DNA of 64,000 nucleotides from a bacterium (GTDB lineage Bacteria > Patescibacteriota > Minisyncoccia > Phycocordibacterales > UBA2100). The stretch's first letter is position 1, and every line of letters starts with the position of its first letter. Of the stretch, positions 57,262-64,000 are shown one piece after another. Location: contig JAUSGQ010000020.1 of the NCBI GenBank assembly GCA_030674455.1, forward strand, positions 13,461-77,460, in the 5' to 3' direction. The position numbers and the translations under genes are program-made. Below the pieces are notes generated by a model that did no database searches, was not told where the DNA came from, and was given only the letters and a program-made list of their open reading frames with translations.

Positions 57262-57365
57262 TCGAATTTCCTTTCCGATAATTTCGATTGTCCGCTCAAA
57301 GAACTAGTAAAGAGCGGGGCTAGTGAATCAGCCTCTATCCTGTTCCAGCACCCTGTTTATGTCAA

Positions 57366-58385
57366 TCAATCGTTTTCAGCCGGTTGAGATTTTCTTGGAG
57401 CGTCCATTCCGATGTGCTCGTAGCCTTTAGGGGTTACGGTTCTTCCTCGAGGAGTTCTGTCCAATAGGCCGAGTTGCATCAGGTACGGCTCGTGAACTTC
57501 TTCAATCGTATCTTCTTCTTCAGAGAGGGAAGCGGAAATTGTTTTTAAACCCACGGGGCCGCCGTTAAATTTCTCCACAATTATGCTCAAGATGTCGCGG
57601 TCGGTCTGATTGAGCCCGCCCTCGTCAATTTCCAGAAGCGCGAGCGCCTTTTTTACCGTTTTCAGGTTGAGCGGCTCTTCGTTCACTTCCGCGAAGTCGC
57701 GGCATCGCTTTAACAAATAATTTGCGGTACGCGGAGTCGAGCGGCTTCTGCTCGCGATTTCTTTTATGGAATCGTCGTCAATTTTTATATTTAATATTTT
57801 TCCGGAGCGCTTTAGAATTTCTGCGATTTCAGCATCGGTGTAGTACTGCAAACGGAATGTCCCGCCGGAAAAGCGTGAGCGCAGGGGGGCGGAGAGCATT
57901 GAGATGCGCGTGGTTGCCGCAATGAGCGTGAAGGGGGGAAGGTCTAATTGCACGGTGCGTGCCGAAGGACCTTTGCCGATGATGATATCCAAAACGCCTG
58001 CCTCCATCGCCGGATAGAGAACTTCTTCAATCGTGCGATTGAGCCGGTGGATTTCGTCTACAAAAAGAACGTCGCCGGGGGATAGGTTCGTAAGGATTGA
58101 GGCGAGGTCGCCCACGCGCTCGATTGCGGGGCCGGAGGTGGCGCGCAGGGATGCACCGATTTCTTTCGTCATCAAGTGCGCGAGAGTTGTCTTTCCAAGC
58201 CCTGGTGGGCCGTAAAGAAGCACGTGCTCCGGCTGATGATTCCTGCCTTTAGCGGCGGTGAGAAGAATCCGCAGGTTCTCTTTTATCGTCGGCTGGCCCA
58301 CATATTCGGCCCAATCCGCGGGGCGAAGCGCCTGGTCAAGAGAACGCGGACTTTTTTCAATTGTTTGTTTTTCTGTTTGGGTCAT
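57366..58385 (-). CDS. ruvB: Holliday junction branch-migration helicase RuvB
   Basis: LRP..W.EYVGQ, GPPGLGKTTLA, DEIHRL, LYPAME, RTPRGR. Confidence 0.97.
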   Translation of the reverse strand: MTQTEKQTIEKSPRSLDQALRPADWAEYVGQPTIKENLRILLTAAKGRNHQPEHVLLYGPPGLGKTTLAHLMTKEIGASLRATSGPAIERVGDLASILTNLSPGDVLFVDEIHRLNRTIEEVLYPAMEAGVLDIIIGKGPSARTVQLDLPPFTLIAATTRISMLSAPLRSRFSGGTFRLQYYTDAEIAEILKRSGKILNIKIDDDSIKEIASRSRSTPRTANYLLKRCRDFAEVNEEPLNLKTVKKALALLEIDEGGLNQTDRDILSIIVEKFNGGPVGLKTISASLSEEEDTIEEVHEPYLMQLGLLDRTPRGRTVTPKGYEHIGMDAPRKSQPAEND

Positions 58386-58439
58386 GTTTAGTTTGCTCTC
58401 TGCGATTCAATCGAATCGGTTTGAGGGAACTAGTGATGC

Positions 58440-58467
58440 TTGACAAATGAGTTTAATGTGCTATACT
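58440..58467 (+). promoter_or_regulatory. Strong sigma70 promoter with no convincing downstream + strand CDS
   Basis: TTGACA-16 bp-(TG)xTATACT. Confidence 0.6.
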
Positions 58468-58742
58468 TGCCAATAACTTCATTTTACACCCATTTACTCG
58501 GCCTTTGCTAGGCTACGGCGGACTCAGCTCGCCTTCGCTAAAGCTTCGGCGGAGCAAAGTCGGAAGCAGGATTTTCCGAGCGATAGTGACCACATCGAGG
58601 ATGAGGCGGTTTCGGCCTCCTCTCTCCTTAGATTTCGCGTTGCCACTTTCGCCAGAAAGTTTCGCTCGGATAATCGTACTCCCGACTACTAAATGAACGA
58701 TACCATTGCACGCAGGCCGCGCAATGGCCTTTTGCATATAGG

Positions 58743-58782
58743 TATTGCTCTAGCAAATGCGGCCGCATTTGCTAGAGCAATA
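58743..58782. repeat. 40-bp perfect palindrome
   Basis: TATTGCTCTAGCAAATGCGGCCGCATTTGCTAGAGCAATA just past pilB stop. Confidence 0.75.
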
Positions 58783-58785
58783 GGT

Positions 58786-60465
58786 TCAACCTGCGATTTC
58801 CGCCGTTAGGTCTACTACGCGGCCGAGTTCTTCAAGCGACGTAACTCCCTGCAAGACTTTTACGATTCCGTCTTGACCCATGCGGCGGATGTTTTGATGT
58901 TTGGCCGCTTTCCATATCTCGCGCTCGCTCAATGTCGTGCGGACCGCGTCTTCAATAATTCTGTCCATCAAAATGACTTCTACGACTGCCACGCGCCCCT
59001 TGTATCCTAGGTTGCGGCATTTCTCGCATCCTTTCGGAACCCACATTGTGTCGTGATTCGCCGGAAGTTCATCGGCGTGCGGAATATCTTTGAGATACAT
59101 TGCGATTGTCTGTGCGTCTTTCCCTGTTATGGGCTTCGGCTCGCGGCAGATAGGGCAGAGCCGGCGCACCAAGCGCTGTGCCATCGCGACTGTGAGGGAT
59201 GCGCCCAGAATGTCGGCGGAGACACCCATGTCGATAAGGCGTGGGAAAGTTCCCGCGGCGTCGTTGGTGTGAAGCGTGGCAAAAACGAGGTGGCCGGTTA
59301 ATGCCGCGTGGACGGCAGTTGAAGCCACTTCGGCATCGCGGATTTCGCCGACCATTATCACATCGGGGTCTTGGCGCAGGGTGGAGCGAAGGCCGAGCGC
59401 GAAGGTGTAATCTTTTGAAACTTGCGTCTGCACGATTCCCGGCAGGTGATATTCAATCGGGTCTTCAATCGTGACGATTTTAATTTCCGGACGATGCACT
59501 TTGCGCAAGAATGCGTAGAGCGTCGTCGTTTTTCCCGAACCGGTGGGGCCGGTGTTCAGTATCATGCCGTTGGGCTTCTCTATCTCGCGGTTGAAGATTT
59601 CCATTAAGTATTTGTCGAAACCGAGCTGCTCCAGGGGCAGGGCGATGGTCGAAGGGTCCAAAACGCGCATGACGATTGTTTCCGCATATGCGCCCGGCAA
59701 AATTGAAGTACGAATTTCTATCTCTTTCTCGTTTATCGCGATTGAAAAGCGGCCGTCTTGCGCCGCGTTTTTGATGTTGAGCTTCATGCCCGAGAGGAGT
59801 TTGATGCGGGAGGAAATGAGCGCGTATGTCGGCGCGTCGAAAATCAGCACCTCAATCAGCACGCCATCGAGACGGAAGCGCATGTGGACGTCTTTTTCTT
59901 CCGGCTCAAGGTGGATGTCGGAAATACCGAGCGAGAGGGCGCCCGCCATGATGATTTCCAAAATGCGGGAGACCCGGTGCGGGTCTTTACTCTTCATATT
60001 CGTCTCCACGTGCTGCTTGAGGTCTGCCAGGGTCTTCAGTTCTTTCATCATCTGGTCGATAGTTTCGTTGGAAAGCGTGAGAATGCCCGCTTCGGTCTCC
60101 GTCGCGTATGAGAGGTCGTGGAAGCGGTCCCACGCGTGTTCGAGCGATGCCTGCGTCGCGATAAATCTCTGCGCACGGTACCCGAGACGCTCCAGATTCT
60201 GGACTATCGCGAGAGAGTCCGCCCGTTCGGGCGAGCGCATGGCGACAAAAACATTTTTATTAACCTTGCGGAAAGCGGCGACTTCTCCGGCGCGGGAATC
60301 CGCTTCGGGTATCAGGCGCAGAGCATCGGTATCAACCGCGCGCGTCGTAAGGTCGATATATTCCACTCCGTATTTTTTCGCGAGGATTTCCGCGAGCTGT
60401 TCTTCTTCGCGCGCGCGAAGGTCGTGCAATCGCTCCTCCTGTTTCTTTTCGTCAAATTGGGTCAC
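58786..60465 (-). CDS. pilB: GspE/PilB type IV pilus assembly ATPase
   Basis: SDIHLEP, QDGRF, GPTGSGKTTTLY, EDPIEY, LRQDPDVIMVGEIRD, TGHLVFATLHTND, two CxxC; GTG start inferred. Confidence 0.92.
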   Translation of the reverse strand: MTQFDEKKQEERLHDLRAREEEQLAEILAKKYGVEYIDLTTRAVDTDALRLIPEADSRAGEVAAFRKVNKNVFVAMRSPERADSLAIVQNLERLGYRAQRFIATQASLEHAWDRFHDLSYATETEAGILTLSNETIDQMMKELKTLADLKQHVETNMKSKDPHRVSRILEIIMAGALSLGISDIHLEPEEKDVHMRFRLDGVLIEVLIFDAPTYALISSRIKLLSGMKLNIKNAAQDGRFSIAINEKEIEIRTSILPGAYAETIVMRVLDPSTIALPLEQLGFDKYLMEIFNREIEKPNGMILNTGPTGSGKTTTLYAFLRKVHRPEIKIVTIEDPIEYHLPGIVQTQVSKDYTFALGLRSTLRQDPDVIMVGEIRDAEVASTAVHAALTGHLVFATLHTNDAAGTFPRLIDMGVSADILGASLTVAMAQRLVRRLCPICREPKPITGKDAQTIAMYLKDIPHADELPANHDTMWVPKGCEKCRNLGYKGRVAVVEVILMDRIIEDAVRTTLSEREIWKAAKHQNIRRMGQDGIVKVLQGVTSLEELGRVVDLTAEIAG

Positions 60466-60485
60466 AAGAGTATTATACTCTACAC

Positions 60486-60926
60486 ATGAAGTCGCATGAC
60501 GTGAATGTTGAACAGTTGAATTCATTGGCGGAGACATTCGCGGCGAAGCTCATGCCCAAAAAAACGGGAGCAACGGTAGTGGCGCTTTCGGGAGATTTGG
60601 GCGCGGGGAAAACAGCTTTCGCCAAAGCGCTCGCGCGCGCATACGGCATTGAAGAGGAGGTTACAAGCCCGACCTTTGTTATCGAAAAGATTTATGCGCC
60701 GTTAAAAGGACCGTTCCAGCGATTTATTCACATTGATGCATATCGTCTCAATGGTGCGCACGAGCTTGAAGCGATAGGCTGGAAAGAGTTGATACAGGAA
60801 CCCGGCAACCTTATTCTTCTTGAATGGCCGGAAAAAGTCTCTGAGGCGATACCGCCGGACGCCGCTCGCATTTCTCTTAAATACGTCGACGAGCATACGC
60901 GCACAATCACCCATGACATCACATAA
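60486..60926 (+). CDS. tsaE: tRNA threonylcarbamoyladenosine biosynthesis ATPase
   Basis: GDLGAGKT, VTSPTF, HIDAYRL, LEWPE. Confidence 0.94.
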   Translation: MKSHDVNVEQLNSLAETFAAKLMPKKTGATVVALSGDLGAGKTAFAKALARAYGIEEEVTSPTFVIEKIYAPLKGPFQRFIHIDAYRLNGAHELEAIGWKELIQEPGNLILLEWPEKVSEAIPPDAARISLKYVDEHTRTITHDIT

Positions 60927-63321
60927 AAAAACAAAACGCCTCGTTATTCTTGATACGCACGCGATTGTTCATCGCGCATACCACGCGATTCCCGATCTTT
61001 CTTCCTCAAAGGGCGAGCCGACGGGTGCCTTGTATGGACTGACGGCGATGATTCTCAAAACTATTGCCGATTTGAAACCTGATTACATAATCGCCGCGCG
61101 CGACCGCGCCGAGAAGACGCACCGGCACGAAATATTTGAAGCGTATAAAGGAACGCGGGCAAAAGTGGAGGACGCTCTTGTGGCGCAGTTGAAACGCACA
61201 GGCGAAGTCTTCGACGCGTTCGGCATCCCGACACTTGATGTTGCAGGATTCGAAGCAGACGACATCATCGGCACGGTGGCGGAGCAGGTCGCAAAACGAA
61301 AAGACCTCCAGACGGTCATTCTGACGGGTGATATGGACATGCTGCAGCTCATCGAGGACGGGCGCGTCACTGTCTACCGGCTTCTTACCGGCATTTCCAA
61401 CATGAAATTCTATGATGAAGCAGCGGTCAAAGAGCGATACGGATTTGGGCCGGAAAATGTAACCGACTTCAAGGGAATATCGGGCGATGTCTCCGATAAC
61501 ATCAAAGGCGTGCCCGGTGTAGGAGAAGGCGGCGCGTCAAAACTCATACAAACATTCGGCGGACTCGACGAAATATACAAGGCCATCCGGAAAGATGGCG
61601 TGGAAAGCGTTGCGAAAAAAGCGGGAATACAAAAACGGTACGTCCAACTCGTGGCCGATAACGAGGAGGCAGCCCGATTTTCCAAAGGACTCGCGACCAT
61701 ACGCCGCGATGCACCAATCACTTTCACAGAGCCGGACCATCCGTGGCGCATAGAAGACCATGCACCCGGAATTCTTTCTTTGTGCGACGAGCTTGAATTC
61801 CATTCGCTCAAAAAACGCGTACCTGCCTTGCCCGCCGAAGCCTCGGCGAAGGCGGGAGTGTCTGAAAAGTTGGAGGTTGTTGATGCGCGAGCCCTGCAAG
61901 AAGCCTCGATAGCTCTCTGGCTTCTCCATTCCGACAACACGGCGCCATCCTTGGAAGATATTTTGCGGTATGCAAAAAAAGACTTGCCCGCCGAAGCTTT
62001 AGCGAAGGAGGGGGATTTTGAGGCGGCGCGCGCGATAATTTTTGATGAACTCAAGAAAACGCCGAGTGTGCAGAATGTATACGACACAATTGAGCGGCCG
62101 CTCATACCGGTCATTGAGCGCATGAATAAAGACGGAATCCTTCTGGACGTGCCGTATCTGAAGAAACTCGCGGAGGAATATGAGAAAGAATTGGGAAAAA
62201 TCAGCGCGCGCATCTATAAAGCGGCTGGGCGCGAATTCAATATCAATTCTCCGAAGCAATTGGCGGGCGTGCTGTTTGATGAATTAAAAATTGTGCCCCA
62301 AAAACAAAGGAAGACCCCGGGCGGGGCGCGGACAACGCGCGAGGATGAGCTGGAGAAAATGTCGGAGCTACACCCGATTATTGCCGATATCCTCGCGTAC
62401 CGTGAACTGCACAAATTGCTTTCTACGTATGTTCAAAAAATGCCCGGGATGGTCGGGGAGAGCGGCCGCTTGCACGCGGAATTTCTGCAGGCTGGGACGA
62501 CCACGGGGCGCATGTCGAGCCAGAATCCGAATCTGCAGAATATTCCGATTAAGAGCGAGTACGGCAGGCGCGTCCGCTCGGCATTTCGCGCGAGCCCGGG
62601 GTTTTTGCTCGCGGCGCTCGATTATTCGCAGATAGAGCTTCGCATCGCGGCCGGACTTTCGGGCGACAAGAAATTACTCAAGACGTTTGCGGAGGGGAGC
62701 GATGTACACACGACTGTCGCGAGCCAGGTCTTCGGCGTGCCGGAGGAAAAGGTGGACTACGAAATGCGCCGAAAGGCAAAGGTTATAAACTTCGGCATCC
62801 TTTACGGAATGGGTTCGAATGCCCTGAAGTCGAATTTGGGAAATGTTTCGCGCGAAGAGGCCGCGCGATATCTTTCCGAATACTTTAAGAAATTCTCGGG
62901 ACTTGCTCTGTGGATAGAACGTACGAAGCTGGACGCCGCGCGCAACGGCTTTACCGAAACTCTGTTTGGCCGTCGCCGTTACTTCGCTGGTTTCAATTCG
63001 CCGCTTCCGAATATGCGGGCGCAGGCGGAGAGAATGGCGGTGAATGCTCCGATACAAGGAACGCAGTCGGACATCATAAAGCTTGCGATGGTGAAAGCCG
63101 ATAATCTCATTGAAGAAAAAGGATTGCGCAAACAAGTGCGGCTGGTTCTACAGATACACGACGAGCTGGTGTATGAAATTGAGAGAAAAGAAGCGGAAGA
63201 AATCGCGCGCGAACTCCGCGAGACAATGGAATCCGTCGTCCCTAAGGGCAAGCTTTCCGGTGTGCCGATCGTGGCGGAAGTTGCGATTGGGGAGAATTGG
63301 GGAGCGATGAAGCGCGTATAG
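60913..63321 (+). CDS. polA: DNA polymerase I (5'-3' exonuclease + polymerase; reduced middle domain)
   Basis: HRAYHA, FEADDIIG, GDVSDNIKGVPGVG, TGRMSSQNPNLQNIP, DYSQIELR, QIHDEL. Confidence 0.96.
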   Translation: MTSHKKTKRLVILDTHAIVHRAYHAIPDLSSSKGEPTGALYGLTAMILKTIADLKPDYIIAARDRAEKTHRHEIFEAYKGTRAKVEDALVAQLKRTGEVFDAFGIPTLDVAGFEADDIIGTVAEQVAKRKDLQTVILTGDMDMLQLIEDGRVTVYRLLTGISNMKFYDEAAVKERYGFGPENVTDFKGISGDVSDNIKGVPGVGEGGASKLIQTFGGLDEIYKAIRKDGVESVAKKAGIQKRYVQLVADNEEAARFSKGLATIRRDAPITFTEPDHPWRIEDHAPGILSLCDELEFHSLKKRVPALPAEASAKAGVSEKLEVVDARALQEASIALWLLHSDNTAPSLEDILRYAKKDLPAEALAKEGDFEAARAIIFDELKKTPSVQNVYDTIERPLIPVIERMNKDGILLDVPYLKKLAEEYEKELGKISARIYKAAGREFNINSPKQLAGVLFDELKIVPQKQRKTPGGARTTREDELEKMSELHPIIADILAYRELHKLLSTYVQKMPGMVGESGRLHAEFLQAGTTTGRMSSQNPNLQNIPIKSEYGRRVRSAFRASPGFLLAALDYSQIELRIAAGLSGDKKLLKTFAEGSDVHTTVASQVFGVPEEKVDYEMRRKAKVINFGILYGMGSNALKSNLGNVSREEAARYLSEYFKKFSGLALWIERTKLDAARNGFTETLFGRRRYFAGFNSPLPNMRAQAERMAVNAPIQGTQSDIIKLAMVKADNLIEEKGLRKQVRLVLQIHDELVYEIERKEAEEIARELRETMESVVPKGKLSGVPIVAEVAIGENWGAMKRV

Positions 63322-63407
63322 CGTATGGAGTAAGGCCTCTCCTCGGGAATTCTGCATTTTGAGGTGAGGCCTTGAGTATTCTCTCCATACGCTATACTTT
63401 ATACTGT

Positions 63408-64000
63408 ATGTTGTATTTCTACAGCGGTACTGACACAAAAAAGGCGCGGGGAGAGATGAATAAAGAAATCGCACGGGCGGCTAAAAGCGGCGCGCGCATC
63501 GTGCGCATAAACGACACTAACTCCGCCGATGATTTGCACTCATCGCTCCAAGGCGAAGGGCTTTTTGGCGAAAGCCACGTTTTTGTTTTGGATACCATAT
63601 CGCAAAACGAAGAAATGTTTATCGCGTTTCTCGGCATGCTGGAGAGAATGAAAGATTCGAAGGAGTCTTTTTTTGTGTATGAGGCGAGCCCGAATGCAAA
63701 TACACGCCGCACGATAGAAGAATTCGCGGAAACCTCCAAACGTTTTGATGCCCCGAAGAAAGAAAAAGATAACAGCGTGTTCGCGCTGGCAAATGCCATG
63801 CGGCGAGCCGACAAAAAAGCTCTGTGGACCAGCTATCAGCGCGAACTTTTGAAAGGGAAAGAACCGGAGGCTATTCACGGCGTGCTTTTTTGGGGAGCGA
63901 AAGACATGTTGTTGAAATCAAGAGACGGAACTCCGGAAAGTAAAAGAGCTAAGAAACTCGTGGCAGAGCTTGCAGAGCTTCCTCATGAAGCAAGGCGCAA
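63408..64000 (+). CDS. holA: DNA polymerase III delta subunit-like (3' truncated by window)
   Basis: Hand translation MLYFYSGTDT...GLFGE...VFALANAMRRADKKALW...EAIHGVLFW. Confidence 0.7.
   Translation, partial: MLYFYSGTDTKKARGEMNKEIARAAKSGARIVRINDTNSADDLHSSLQGEGLFGESHVFVLDTISQNEEMFIAFLGMLERMKDSKESFFVYEASPNANTRRTIEEFAETSKRFDAPKKEKDNSVFALANAMRRADKKALWTSYQRELLKGKEPEAIHGVLFWGAKDMLLKSRDGTPESKRAKKLVAELAELPHEARR

Overview
Chromosomal window spanning the probable replication origin (jag-yidC-rnpA-rpmH <> dnaA-dnaN) of a small-genome bacterium. Gene content and style (short HolA, PrgI/VirB4/VirB6-like cluster, many apparently leaderless genes) suggest Patescibacteria/CPR (Parcubacteria-like); this assignment is inference. 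The window holds housekeeping genes (pnp, comM, purA, pcrA, rsmA, PBP1A, ruvB/C, pilB, tsaE, polA, holA), two toxin-antitoxin pairs, a repeat-rich secreted protein and a ~15 kb T4SS-like operon. The most unusual signal is non-coding. (1) Seven 131-137 bp elements share asymmetric inverted ends (CCCGG-TTAGTACAAT...ATTGTCCTA-CCGGG), covarying stems, divergent interiors and 4-bp flanking direct repeats; five sit exactly on start codons or -10 boxes (including dnaA, yidC, PBP1A). (2) Two four-helix-bundle (Avd/IVS-like) genes are each enclosed by inverted arrays of 7-mers, and many empty array pairs occur. (3) 30-bp palindromic units are inserted in frame, sometimes nested, in pcrA, polA, purA and rsmA. 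(4) Accessory genes are bracketed by paired palindromes. No transposase, integrase, tRNA, rRNA or CRISPR array was seen. All calls were made by eye from motifs, with no database searches.
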